64,000 bases of DNA from an uncultured Verrucomicrobiae bacterium. GTDB lineage: Bacteria; Verrucomicrobiota; Verrucomicrobiia; Palsa-1439. This document shows, one piece after another, positions 19,829-30,194 of the stretch. Every line of letters begins with the position of its first letter. The first letter of the stretch is position 1. The stretch is taken from the NCBI GenBank assembly GCA_963812605.1, contig CAWEWF010000010.1, positions 1-64,000 of the forward strand, in the 5' to 3' direction. The notes under the pieces were generated by a model. The model did not search any database and was not told the DNA's origin. It was given only the letters and a program-made list of their open reading frames with translations. The translations under genes and the position numbers were made by a program.

Positions 19829-19905
19829 TTATGAGCCGTGCTGACCGAGCGCAACCGTGGAAGGTCGCTTGAAATGACCTGCTTTTCGCGCGGTGCGGCA
19901 GTAAT

Positions 19906-19970
19906 TTGTAGGGCAAGCGGCTCGCTTGCCGTCGTTTATGGATATGGCAGGCGGGCCGCCTGCCCTACAA
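19906..19970. repeat. GTAG-type REP doublet
   Basis: GTAGGGCAAGCGGCTCGCTTGCC and its inverted partner GGCAGGCGGGCCGCCTGCCCTAC, each an internal hairpin. Confidence 0.7.
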
Positions 19971-20066
19971 TGCAGAAACACATCGACGAAGCCTGAATTC
20001 AAACTGACACACTACCGGGCCCGCGTAGTGACAGCGTTTCCAAAAACCGCTCAAACCGACCCGGTT

Positions 20067-20537
20067 TCACCCCCGCAACTCCACTGACTGGGCCTCCATC
20101 TTCTTCCCCACCACCCGCAACAATGCCACACTGATCGGCAAATTGAACCGCCTCGGGCCGGCACTGCCCGGATTGAGAAACAATACGCCATTCCTCTGAA
20201 CGGCTGATGGTCGGTGTGAATGCCCGCTGATGACAGCGGCGTAACCAGCCGCGGCAGCATGAAGGGAGAGATCATCAATGTTGTGGATGACGAAAATGCG
20301 AACCCCGTCAATTTCCAAAGTTCGGGTCTGGGGCAACCCTTGGGCCCAGATCCCAGCGTCGACATTTCCCCGAATCGCGACGACGGTGGCAATCTTCGCC
20401 AGTTCGTCGAGCACCTCTGGCTGGCCCACATCGCCGGCATGAACGATCAATTCCGAGCCTTGGAAAGCATCGACGGCTTCGGGACGCAACAGCCCGTGAG
20501 TATCGGAAATGACGCCAATGACGTGGAGCTGGTTCAT
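20067..20537 (-). CDS. Metallophosphoesterase (YfcE/MJ0936 family)
   Basis: ISDTHG, HAGD, RGNVD, GHSH, NPGSAG. Confidence 0.9.
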   Translation of the reverse strand: MNQLHVIGVISDTHGLLRPEAVDAFQGSELIVHAGDVGQPEVLDELAKIATVVAIRGNVDAGIWAQGLPQTRTLEIDGVRIFVIHNIDDLSLHAAAAGYAAVISGHSHRPSAVQRNGVLFLNPGSAGPRRFNLPISVALLRVVGKKMEAQSVELRG

Positions 20538-20592
20538 GCGTTGAAGTCTTTGCGATGGGGCGGCGATCAACTGAAAACAAAGGCTTGCGATT

Positions 20593-21369
20593 TCAATTGT
20601 GCTTCCACTCAACAGTAAATCCAGTCCCGCTTCCCGTGAGAGTGGATGGTTGCGCGAGAGTCGTATTGCTGATGGGATCTTCCATCGTCAGGCCTTCATT
20701 CTGCCACGAACCGTCATCGATCGGGCCCTCAACGCCCTGAATGGTCGCCGAACACTCCGTGAAGCTCACCGTTCCGAAATCCGCCAGGGAAAGAATGCGG
20801 TGGAAAAACGGGGCTTCGACGATCCATTCCGCGGAGGTGCCTTTGGCGGATCGCTTCTTCGTGATCGAAAACCCAACGTTTTGCGTGAGGTTGCTGATAC
20901 TGAGGACGAATTTGTTTTTGGCAATGGCCTGGACTTCCGCGCTGATCTGATCACCGGGCTGGACGGGAAACATCGTGAGCATGAATCCGGGCGCGGGGTA
21001 CATCTCGAACCACGCGTAGTACACCGGTGCCCCCGCGGTCCAATCCTGTTCGGTGCCGATCTGTTCCACGGTGTTGTCGGAACTGCCATCGATTCCCACC
21101 CAGGTCGCCGACGCGCTATCCAGCGCGCCCGAGGAAACGACGGTCGGCACCCGCCACGACCCCCGCACATCCGTCACGGAATGCTTCAGGGGAATTGAGA
21201 GATCCGTCGCCGCCACGTACCCGGCCCAGTTGAACGCCTTGCCCGAACCGTGGCGGATTACCGGCGCGAATCGTCGCTGAGGGGCGGAAGACAAATCGTG
21301 GCGATCAACCAGAAACAACAGCCACACGGAAATGATCAGTAGTGTGAGTAAAGTGCGCGCTCGTGTCAT
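20593..21369 (-). CDS. Glutamic peptidase family G1 (eqolisin-like), secreted
   Basis: NWAGY, WVGIDG, EQIGT (catalytic Q), YAWFEMYP, SAEWIVEAP (catalytic E). Confidence 0.88.
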   Translation of the reverse strand: MTRARTLLTLLIISVWLLFLVDRHDLSSAPQRRFAPVIRHGSGKAFNWAGYVAATDLSIPLKHSVTDVRGSWRVPTVVSSGALDSASATWVGIDGSSDNTVEQIGTEQDWTAGAPVYYAWFEMYPAPGFMLTMFPVQPGDQISAEVQAIAKNKFVLSISNLTQNVGFSITKKRSAKGTSAEWIVEAPFFHRILSLADFGTVSFTECSATIQGVEGPIDDGSWQNEGLTMEDPISNTTLAQPSTLTGSGTGFTVEWKHN

Positions 21370-21528
21370 GATTTCCAGACTTCAATGGTCGTTGATAGGA
21401 AACGCCAGAATACCACCCACGACCATGCTAACAAGCTGATTTCGGGCCTCGGCCCTCGCTCGGGTGCATCTTGACACTGCCACCGTTCGAGCCGGGGAAG
21501 ATGCAGCCACTGCGTTCTGTCGCCCTAC

Positions 21529-21588
21529 GGTGTAGCCGCGCCTCTATGAGGCGCGCTCCCCCACAGTTCATAGAGCCGTGGCTACACC
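21529..21588. repeat. GTAG-type REP-like inverted repeat
   Basis: GGTGTAGCCGCGCCTCTATGA ... TCATAGAGCCGTGGCTACACC (19/21 complementary). Confidence 0.6.
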
Positions 21589-21698
21589 ACACCCAATATG
21601 GTGGCAGTGCCAAGATGCGCTCGCCTGTACCGTCACGCGCTTGCTGTCTCCATAAATTCAAGAGATCAGGCAATTCTGTCATCCCGCCCATCAAGGGG

Positions 21699-24236
21699 CT
21701 ACGGCACCAGCCGCACCCGGTACTGGCGAATGGAATAGTTCATGGTGACGCCAACGTCCGTGTAGTTGGTTGTCGTGTCGCCGCTGACGTTGATGACGAT
21801 CGGCCCGCTGATGTCGGCAAATCCGTTGGTGCTGTAATTGCCCCCGGAGCTGGCTTGAACGGCATTGGTTCGCACGCCCGCCGTTTTCCAGGTGATCACC
21901 ACATTCGTACCTTGGAGCGCGATGGAGATGACGCGGAATACGGACGCCGGATCGACAGGATTGAGACCCAGCAAGAATTGGTTGGTATTACTGATTCCTT
22001 TACCCAGCGGATCGGCACCGGCTTGCGCCTGCGGGCAATTGGTGCAGCCGAAGTACGACATCTGCCATTGCTGGTAGGCCGACAATGGCACGGCCACCGC
22101 TTCATTGGAGTTGGTGCTTTCGGCGCCGGCATTGACTGCCGTGACGACATAATAGTAAGGCACCCCATTGGTTACACTGCCATCGGTGTAATTCGTATTG
22201 ACCAGCCCAGCGGTAATCGTTGTGTAAGCGCCGCCGCTCATCAGGGCGCGTTTGACATTATAGCCCGTCGCACCGAACGACGCGCTCCAACTCAATGCCA
22301 CCTGTCCGTCGCCCGCCGTCGCCGTCAATCCGGCCGGCGCGGCCGGCGCTATCGCCCCGCCAAACTGAAACCAGTTCAAGTTTCCAAGGCCGCTCGATCC
22401 ACTGAAAACAGCATACAGATCGTGCAGACCGCTGGCGCCCGATACTGATTCTTGAATGGTCTGCCAGGTTTGCCAACCACCGGTAGATGGGAGCGCGAAG
22501 GAGCTGATGATTGGTCCGGTCGGGCTGTCGAGATGGAGCGCCAGGGTGCCGCCCCCATAACCGGCCTCGCGCACACTGACATTGGTGAATCCCGCTTCGA
22601 AGTTCACATTCCGGTACACGGCATAATCGCCGCCGTCAGCATACCCCACATCGTAACCGCCCAGCGTATCGGTGGTCGTCTCCGTCTGCAGGCCGAAGGT
22701 GGTGTTGAAACTCGACGCCTGGAGTTGTAATGCCACCGGAAACTGATAACCACCGCTTTGTGTCCCGGTCCAGATAAAGGTTACTCCCGAGTAGGAGGCG
22801 AGCGTATAGGCGAACATCTTGCTCCCCCACTGCACCTGAAACGTATTACTGCTGGTCGTGTCATTAAAGGCCACCAGCACCTTCGAATTATCCGGGTTCA
22901 CAAAGGCGGCGCTGACGATCCCCGCGGCGTTCCCCGAGTAAACCCGGTAAGCGCCGGGCAGGACAAACTTACTGAAGTGTCCCAGGGTATAGTATTCAAT
23001 ATCAAAAGTAAGCGCGCCGGAGGAGCTGTTAATGGTCACCAGCGGGTTGCAGGTGCTGCAGCCGCCGTCGTGCGGACCATGGTTTTCGTCCAACGCGAGA
23101 CTCCATTTGACATAGGCCCTGCCCCAGTTTCGCATCACCTGGGTTATCTCCTCGAAGTCGTTCTTGACCACGTCACCCTCCCCGACTTCGCCGGAGTGTT
23201 CGGTCAGGTAATCTCCTTTGGTGGGATATTGGTTGGCCAGGGTAGTCATGACTCCAGGCGTGCCGCCGTATCCGTGCCAGGCGATGCCCCCGACCCGGCT
23301 CGAACCCAGCACAGTGGCGTCCGACAAAACCGTGTCGGGATAATCCGGCCGGTCCCAGTTGTGGTCATAGACCAAAACCTTGGTGGTGATATTGCTCGCC
23401 GCCAGGGCCGGCAGAATGTAGTCGCGCAGGATGGGCAATTGATTGGTGGCATCCATGGACATCCCGGGATAATCACCGGGCACGTACAACGGTTCATTCT
23501 GCAGAGAAATGTAACGGATTGGAATTCCCGCTGCCTGATAGGCCTGGATATATTTGACGAAATACTGCGCAAAGGGCGAGTACATGTTTGTCAGCAGCGA
23601 CCCGCCAACCATTGAACCCGAGGTCTTCATCCAACCCGGGGGACTCCACGGGTTGGCCATAATCGTGAGCTGCGGGTTGAGTTGCAGCGCCTGTTGAACC
23701 AGCGGAATAATGTCCGCTTGATCGTGCGCGACGGAAAAGGAAGTTAAGTTCGTGTCTGTCTGGCCGGACGGCAAGTCGTCGTAAGAATACTGAGAACGCG
23801 CGAGGTCCGATGCGCCCATCGGATTGCGCACGAAACTCACGCCGATGCCGTTGCCGCTGCGCGTGAAGAGGCTGTACATCGCGTTGCTCCGGGCCGAGGA
23901 CGTCGCCACCTCGTTTAGCAGGTAACCCGCCGAATCCGTAAACGAGGCGCCGAACCCCTCCACTTGCTGGTAGGTCTGCGTTTCATCGACGAACACGGGA
24001 TTGTTGCCGCCGCTGCCCGTGACGAACGTCACCGAGGCGACCGACTGCAATTTGTTGACCTGATCGTCGGTCGTAAGCCAGACGCTTACGGTTTGGGCTT
24101 CCGCTTCAGCGCCGGCGACCAACAGCAGAAGGAGGCATGCGAGGCCGAGACGCCAAAAGGGGGCCGTAGTGAACACTGATGTAATGGCTGCCAAGCTGTT
24201 GGACGGTTTCGTGGGTTGTTGTCGGAAAGCATTCAC
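21699..24236 (-). CDS. GH30 glycoside hydrolase (beta-1,6-glucanase-like) + CBM6 + Fn3 + C-terminal YRVRLVP domain
   Basis: GFGASFTDSA, NPWSPPGWMK, SLQNEP, YDHNWD, YLTEH; TGGWQTW CBM6; APAGLTATAGDGQV Fn3. The start is uncertain because the ORF-track start at 24257 overlaps a promoter. Confidence 0.9.
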   Translation of the reverse strand: MNAFRQQPTKPSNSLAAITSVFTTAPFWRLGLACLLLLLVAGAEAEAQTVSVWLTTDDQVNKLQSVASVTFVTGSGGNNPVFVDETQTYQQVEGFGASFTDSAGYLLNEVATSSARSNAMYSLFTRSGNGIGVSFVRNPMGASDLARSQYSYDDLPSGQTDTNLTSFSVAHDQADIIPLVQQALQLNPQLTIMANPWSPPGWMKTSGSMVGGSLLTNMYSPFAQYFVKYIQAYQAAGIPIRYISLQNEPLYVPGDYPGMSMDATNQLPILRDYILPALAASNITTKVLVYDHNWDRPDYPDTVLSDATVLGSSRVGGIAWHGYGGTPGVMTTLANQYPTKGDYLTEHSGEVGEGDVVKNDFEEITQVMRNWGRAYVKWSLALDENHGPHDGGCSTCNPLVTINSSSGALTFDIEYYTLGHFSKFVLPGAYRVYSGNAAGIVSAAFVNPDNSKVLVAFNDTTSSNTFQVQWGSKMFAYTLASYSGVTFIWTGTQSGGYQFPVALQLQASSFNTTFGLQTETTTDTLGGYDVGYADGGDYAVYRNVNFEAGFTNVSVREAGYGGGTLALHLDSPTGPIISSFALPSTGGWQTWQTIQESVSGASGLHDLYAVFSGSSGLGNLNWFQFGGAIAPAAPAGLTATAGDGQVALSWSASFGATGYNVKRALMSGGAYTTITAGLVNTNYTDGSVTNGVPYYYVVTAVNAGAESTNSNEAVAVPLSAYQQWQMSYFGCTNCPQAQAGADPLGKGISNTNQFLLGLNPVDPASVFRVISIALQGTNVVITWKTAGVRTNAVQASSGGNYSTNGFADISGPIVINVSGDTTTNYTDVGVTMNYSIRQYRVRLVP

Positions 24237-24242
24237 AACAAG

Positions 24243-24276
24243 TGATATCGATACCACAACTGACCGGAATTGTCAC
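24243..24276 (-). promoter_or_regulatory. Promoter with LacI-type operator for GH30
   Basis: Minus strand GTGACA-17bp-TATCGA; operator TGGTATCGATATCA overlaps the -10 region. Confidence 0.65.
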
Positions 24277-24346
24277 TCGCAATCTGTGGCCTAGGGTGAA
24301 GTTGGAGGGTAATTAGCCTGCGGTATCATTTTTTTTAAGATTGGGA

Positions 24347-24380
24347 TTGACAAGACCGGGGGTTTTTGGTATCGATACCT
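24347..24380 (+). promoter_or_regulatory. Promoter with LacI-type operator for the PEP-CTERM gene
   Basis: TTGACA-17bp-TATCGA; palindrome GGTATCGATACC at 24368-24379. Confidence 0.7.
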
Positions 24381-24438
24381 CCAGCGAGTCGGGAAGTACG
24401 GTGTGACGGGTAAACCAAATCTAAAGGGAGAAGCGAGC

Positions 24439-25245
24439 ATGAACAAAGTTCTATTGTTTATTGTTAGTTTGGTCAGCGCTGCCAGTTTGGCCTCTGCTGC
24501 CAATAATGTATCCTACACGGCAACAGCTGATCCGAATACTGCCCCGGATGCAGTCGATCAAAGTTCAAACCCAGTTGATGTTTGGACGTGCACATTTACC
24601 CCCGGTGCCACCGGCAGCGATGGTTCAGGAAGTTACTTCGGATCGCCGTTCGGACCACCGAATTTGGGCAATGCCTGGCAAATGTATAGTTATCAGAACT
24701 CCGGGACTGGAAATGGCGGAAGCGCGTTCGCCAACACTACGTTTGCCGGCGGAGCTTTGGCAATTGGACAGACGGTTTCGATCGGCTTTGAGATGCGAGC
24801 TCTCGACGCCCCGGGCGGTGGCACGAATTTGTCAATTAATGGGCAAGCCGGCCTTAGTTTGTTGAATGGCTCTGGTAACGCAATAACACTTGCGATTATT
24901 GGAGGTGGTCCCAACCATTATTATTATACCGATGGCGGATCCACTAATGCAAATGCGGGCCCCTTGGGTTATCAATACCAAAATCCGTTTGTTGTTGCCT
25001 TTACCGTTACAGGCCCGGGAACTTATAGCGCCATCGCGAGCAACGCGAACGGTACGGACAGTTGGAGTGGCACATTTGCCGGATCTCTTATTGGAATGCA
25101 AGTGTTCGATTCCAAAGGGGGCAATGGCAGCGATGTCGGATTCAATAATTTGGCGATTGTCCCTGAACCCGGCACACTCGGCCTTGTTATCGGCGGCTTG
25201 GTATTTCTCGGATATGCGTTCCGTCGTGGCGCTCGGCGCTCCTGA
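24439..25245 (+). CDS. PEP-CTERM sorting domain protein
   Basis: Signal peptide; C-terminal IVPEPGTLGLVIGGLVFLGYAFRRGARRS. Confidence 0.9.
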   Translation: MNKVLLFIVSLVSAASLASAANNVSYTATADPNTAPDAVDQSSNPVDVWTCTFTPGATGSDGSGSYFGSPFGPPNLGNAWQMYSYQNSGTGNGGSAFANTTFAGGALAIGQTVSIGFEMRALDAPGGGTNLSINGQAGLSLLNGSGNAITLAIIGGGPNHYYYTDGGSTNANAGPLGYQYQNPFVVAFTVTGPGTYSAIASNANGTDSWSGTFAGSLIGMQVFDSKGGNGSDVGFNNLAIVPEPGTLGLVIGGLVFLGYAFRRGARRS

Positions 25246-25391
25246 ACGGCGTATCCGCCAGTTGTCGACTTGCAGCCCAATCCGACCGGCGTGTCGGGTT
25301 GGGCTGTTGGTTCTCGACGATGGCTTCATCACCCTTCGGTCACTCAAGAAGCGTTGACACGGGAATATGCGCAATGCTATTGGCTGTAGAC

Positions 25392-26489
25392 ATGCGGGAC
25401 CACGAGACCGACAAGGTAACCATGGGCGACATCGCCCGCGCCAGCGGTGTTTCGCCGATGACGGTGTCCCGGGTGCTGAACAACAATCCATCCGTCAAGG
25501 AAGCGCATCGAAAACGAGTGCTGGCGGTGGCCAAGCGCTTGAATTATCACCTGGACATCATCGCGCGCCAGCTCCGTGCCCAGCACACGTTCCAACTCGG
25601 TGTCGTCGTCCCGTTCCGCGGGTTGGTGGGCACGTATTATTTCGGACAGATTCTCCAGGGGATTCAACAAGTCCTGACCGGGACGGATTACCATATCGCC
25701 CTGTACGACAGCCTGTCCGAGGACTTCAACGACATTCCCAAGTGCGTCAACCTCTGCCACGAGCGGCGGGTGAGTGGTCTGATTGTCGTCGCCCCGGGAT
25801 TTAGCGCCAAGTTTCCCAAGACCTTTGCCAGTTTGAAGATGCCGATCATCGTGATCGGCAGTTCCCTGGGTCGACAGGCGATCAGTTATGTCGATGTCGA
25901 TAACTACGGCGGTGCTTCCGTGATGACCGAACACCTGATTGGGCTGGGGCATACAAAAGTGGGGTTCGTCAGCGGCCGAGCCGACCTACGGGACGCCTCG
26001 CAACGCGAGTTGGGTTTCCGCAAGACGATGGAAAAACACGGGCTGCCGGTCGTGGAGGAATGGATCATTCAGGGTGAATATGAAGCCCGGAAAGCGTTTC
26101 AAGTTAGTATGAATTTGCTGGCCAAGAGCGATCGCCCGACGGCGATTTTCGCGGCGAACGACCAGATGGCGTATGGCGTCATCGACGCCGCCCGCATTCT
26201 GGGACTCCAGGTTCCCGAGGATCTTTCCGTCGGCGGGTTTGATGACATCCAGAGTTCGGCGGAGTTTGTCCCCGCGCTGACGACGGTCGGGCAACCTATG
26301 TTGGATCTGGGCCTGGTAGCGGCCCGCTATATTCTCGATGTTTTGTCCAAGCCGGGCACGGCGGTTCTACATCGGAAGCTGCCCGCCCAGTTGGTGACAC
26401 GCTCGTCGACCGCAATGCTGAATCCGCACCGTCAATCGGTCACCTCCGCCGTCCCCTTGTCGAAGATCTCCCGCATCGATCAGGGCTGA
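25392..26489 (+). CDS. LacI family transcriptional regulator
   Basis: TMGDIARASGVSPMTVSRVLN HTH; PTAIFAAND; VPEDLSVGGFDD. Confidence 0.93.
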   Translation: MRDHETDKVTMGDIARASGVSPMTVSRVLNNNPSVKEAHRKRVLAVAKRLNYHLDIIARQLRAQHTFQLGVVVPFRGLVGTYYFGQILQGIQQVLTGTDYHIALYDSLSEDFNDIPKCVNLCHERRVSGLIVVAPGFSAKFPKTFASLKMPIIVIGSSLGRQAISYVDVDNYGGASVMTEHLIGLGHTKVGFVSGRADLRDASQRELGFRKTMEKHGLPVVEEWIIQGEYEARKAFQVSMNLLAKSDRPTAIFAANDQMAYGVIDAARILGLQVPEDLSVGGFDDIQSSAEFVPALTTVGQPMLDLGLVAARYILDVLSKPGTAVLHRKLPAQLVTRSSTAMLNPHRQSVTSAVPLSKISRIDQG

Positions 26490-26576
26490 CCTGGTTTTCT
26501 CAGCGCGATTGCCAAGCGCTTCTTCGTACCCGCCGGAAACAAGCGTCAAAAAAACTGGAATTACACAACATTGTGG

Positions 26577-26610
26577 TTGACATACCCGGGGGAATTTGGT
26601 ATCGATACCA
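26577..26610 (+). promoter_or_regulatory. Promoter with perfect LacI-type operator
   Basis: TTGACA-17bp-TATCGA; 14-bp palindrome TGGTATCGATACCA at 26597-26610. Confidence 0.75.
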
Positions 26611-26653
26611 CAAGCTTAACGACAATCACGGGTCACGGGAAGGAATCAAGATT

Positions 26654-28514
26654 ATGATCAAAAGAATTTCCTTTTGCGCACTTTTCACGAGGCGGATGGC
26701 TCGCTTCGCGAGTACTGGAAACCAAGCCGGGCGAACCGGTCTCCATGCGAGACAGGGGCTGGTAAAACCGTTGTTGGGCGGCATGTTGCTGGCGGCGTTG
26801 GTTCTGGCCTCGTCCTCCAGCCAGGCTACGCTAATTACGTACGAAGGTTTTGCCTACACTCCCACCGGCCCCCTGACCCTCGATGGACAGCCCAATAACG
26901 GCACACAAGCCTCCAACGGCTGGGACAATGTTACCTGGGGACAGTTCCTCGGCGGCGCGACAAGTTATACTGTCACCAACGGGAGTCTTACGGATCCCAC
27001 CGCGACACTTTTCGCGCGTTCCAATAGTGTGTTTACGACAGGAGGATTTGCGGGACGCTTCTTCACGACACCGGCGAATTGGGCCACACCGGGCATACCC
27101 ATGTACTTCAGTATCCTCATCCAACCGGCGAATACACCGGCGACGAATCATTATTACGGTCTGCAAATATTCAGCAACGGCGGCAATACCGGAGTCGGAC
27201 ACGATCTTTTTGCTGGCAAGAATGGTTCCGGCCTTAACTGGGGCCTCGAATACTCTACGAACTTCATCTCCGGCAACACGACCAGTACGGTCCCTGTCGA
27301 CGCCTATTCCAGCACGCCGGCAACGGCGAACCAAACCGTCTTCTTGGTGGTGCGCGTCGATTTTAATTTCGGGTCCCCCGATGTTTTCACCCTCTATGTG
27401 AATCCGACGCCGGGTGGCGCCGAACCGGCCGTCGCCAGCGCCATACTAACCAATGATATTGGCACGCAGAACGGCCTCGCTCTGAACTCGGGCAATGGGG
27501 GCCACGCCTTTTTCGATGAAATCCGCCTCGGTGGGACCTTTGCGTCAGTGACGCCAACAACGTTTGCGGCGGACCCGAATCTATTTACCTATGAAGCGTT
27601 TGCGTACCCGAGTTTTGGCACGGCGACTCTCAATGGCCAGCCCACCGATGGCACACAAGGCTCGAACGGGTGGGACACTGTTACGTGGGGACAATTCCTC
27701 GGCGGCGCGAGTTCCTACTTGATTGGCCACGGTAGTCTTGCCGATCCCTCCGGCCAGCTCCTGACCAGCGGTAATTATACATACACCACGAATGGTTTCG
27801 CGGGGCGCTATAATGTTTACACGGGTCTGCCCGGGCATACGAATGCGATCCCGACGTACTACAGCTTCCTGATACGGCCTGACAATCTGGGTGCCACCAA
27901 TAGCATCGCCTATCTGCAGATTTTCGGACAGCCGAATGGAAATGATCTGCTTGCCGGGAAGCTTACTGGAAGCACTTTCTGGGGGCTTCAATCTGGAACC
28001 AACCTGGGGCAGGCGTTTTCCACCGTGCAAGCTGTATCGAACCAAACCACGTTCCTGGTGGTGCGCGGCAATTATGTTCAGGGTGGCGCCTCCACGTTCC
28101 TGCTCTATGTAAACCCGATGCCGGGCGCACCGGAACCTGCCACACCGGATGCGACGGTTTCATTCAATATCGAAACTCAGAATGGAGCTCGCTTTCAATA
28201 CGCAGAACGGGGCCGCGGCCAGCTTCGACGAGATCCGCGTCGGCACAAACTATGCCGATGTCACGCCGGCGGTAGCGGTGGTCGCGAATCCGTTCGTCAT
28301 CACGTCGATCCAGCTCCTGGGCGGTACGAACGCGGTGATCAGCTTCACCACAACGTCTACCAACGTTTATAGCGTGGAGGCGAACAGCGACCTCGTCACC
28401 GGTACGTGGACCACGGTAGCCAGTGGCATCCTGGGAACTGGCGGGATTGTCCAAAGTACGAATGCGGTGCCCCCCGGCACCTTGATGAAGTTCTATCGTG
28501 CCCGGCACCCCTGA
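26654..28514 (+). CDS. Secreted protein with two tandem ~250-aa domains and a C-terminal FYRARHP tail (frameshift near 28190)
   Basis: Repeats TYExFAY..GQP..GTQxSNGWDxVTWGQFLGGA ... FDEIRxG; signal peptide. Confidence 0.75.
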
Positions 28515-28737
28515 ACACGGCAATGACGATGTCGTGGCAAGAAACCGAAATGTGGAGCGCAGTTGTGATGGACAGAAAATCGAACATGCAACAATTAAGC
28601 CTCGTTCATGACCCGGTGAACTGCTGCTCAACTGCGCTCCAGCTTCCTTGCGTATTTTCCTCGGCAATCGGATGCAGACGCAACCCGTAAAGCATAATCA
28701 CAACAGGATTCCCGGGGGATCCGTCGATAACACTTCC

Positions 28738-30138
28738 ATGGATTCCACCATCGCGCCCAGTAAACTCACGGATAAAGCGCCACGCGGCCTTGGCCGCAAT
28801 CGGGCCAGTCGCAGCTATTCCTTTCCCAAGACCTTTGCTTGGGGAGCGGCCACGGCGGCGGCGCAAATCGAAGGCGCTGCCCTCGAGGATGGCAAGGGGG
28901 AGTCAATCTGGGACCGGTTCGCCAGGGTGCGGAAGATCGATGCGCCGACGATCGCGTGCGACCACTATCATCGCTATCGCGAGGATGTCGCCTTGCTGCG
29001 GCAACTCGGCGTCGCCAACTACCGATTTTCCGTCGCGTGGCCGAGGATCATTCCCCGGGGTGACGGTGAGTCGAACCCCAGGGGTTTTGATTTCTATGAT
29101 CGGCTGATTGATGCGCTCCTGGAAGCCGGTATCACACCGTGGGTAACGTTGTACCATTGGGACCTGCCCCAGACGCTCGAAGAGCGCGGGGGCTGGCGAG
29201 TGCGTTCCACACCGCAAGCCTTTGCGAAGTACGCCCAACTGGTGGTTCAGCGCTTCGGTGATCGCGTCAAACACTGGATGACCTTGAACGAGATCCTGCG
29301 TTTTGTGCCCTGCGGGTATGGCTACGGTTGTGATGCGCCGGGGGCGACGGAATCAGCTGCGGTCGTCAATCAGGCTTATCACCACACGCTTCTGGCCCAT
29401 GGATATGCTGTCGAAGCGGTTCGCGAGTATGGCGGCAAAAGCGCTTGCGTCGGTCTCGTTCACAATCCGCCCGCTCCGGTACCGGTAACGGAAACGCCGG
29501 GGGACATTGCCGCCGCGCGCACGGAGTATACGCGGCACACCGCGCAACTCATGGGGCCGTTGTTCCTCGGTGACTACCCGGCAGCCTTTCTGGAAGCCGC
29601 CGGTGCGGACGCGCCGCAGGTGGCGTCGGGCGATCTGGCGTTGATCTCGCAGAAGACGGACTTCCTGGGATTGAATGTCTATTATGGCGACTTCGTCCGT
29701 GGGACGGCTGACGGCCAGGTGGAAAGGATCGCCCTTCCGGCCCAGTATCCCAAGGCAGACATTTCCTGGCTGAACATCACGCCGCAGGCCATCTATTGGG
29801 CGATCCGGCACGCCCGCGAGGTGTACGGGGTGTCGACGTTTTACATTACCGAAAACGGCGTGCCCTATACGGATCAGGTCCAGCCGAACGGAGAGATTCA
29901 TGACCTCGGTCGTCGTGAGTATTTGAGAAACCACTTGATTTCACTGCATCGCGCCATCCAGGAGGGATTTGACGTTCGGGGCTACTTCTTGTGGTCACTG
30001 TTGGACAATTACGAATGGGCGGAAGGATACGCCAAGCGGTTTGGCATTGTGCATGTCGATTATGAAACGTTGCGGCGAACGCCCAAACTCAGCGCGTATT
30101 GGTATTCGAAAGTGATTGAATCGAACGCCGTTGTGTAA
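28738..30138 (+). CDS. GH1 beta-glucosidase
   Basis: FAWGAATAAAQIEG, TLYHWDLP, TLNE, ITENG, DNYEWAEGY; start approximate. Confidence 0.93.
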   Translation: MDSTIAPSKLTDKAPRGLGRNRASRSYSFPKTFAWGAATAAAQIEGAALEDGKGESIWDRFARVRKIDAPTIACDHYHRYREDVALLRQLGVANYRFSVAWPRIIPRGDGESNPRGFDFYDRLIDALLEAGITPWVTLYHWDLPQTLEERGGWRVRSTPQAFAKYAQLVVQRFGDRVKHWMTLNEILRFVPCGYGYGCDAPGATESAAVVNQAYHHTLLAHGYAVEAVREYGGKSACVGLVHNPPAPVPVTETPGDIAAARTEYTRHTAQLMGPLFLGDYPAAFLEAAGADAPQVASGDLALISQKTDFLGLNVYYGDFVRGTADGQVERIALPAQYPKADISWLNITPQAIYWAIRHAREVYGVSTFYITENGVPYTDQVQPNGEIHDLGRREYLRNHLISLHRAIQEGFDVRGYFLWSLLDNYEWAEGYAKRFGIVHVDYETLRRTPKLSAYWYSKVIESNAVV

Positions 30139-30194
30139 GCGTTCAGACATAGATGATTCAGAACGACCAGATGATCATGAGATGGAGGCAGGAC

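Noticed and set aside
19998-20016. TTCAAACTGACACACTACC as an isolated IS end
   Set aside because: It resembles IS termini I recall, but no partner end or transposase is present and it cannot be verified without a search.
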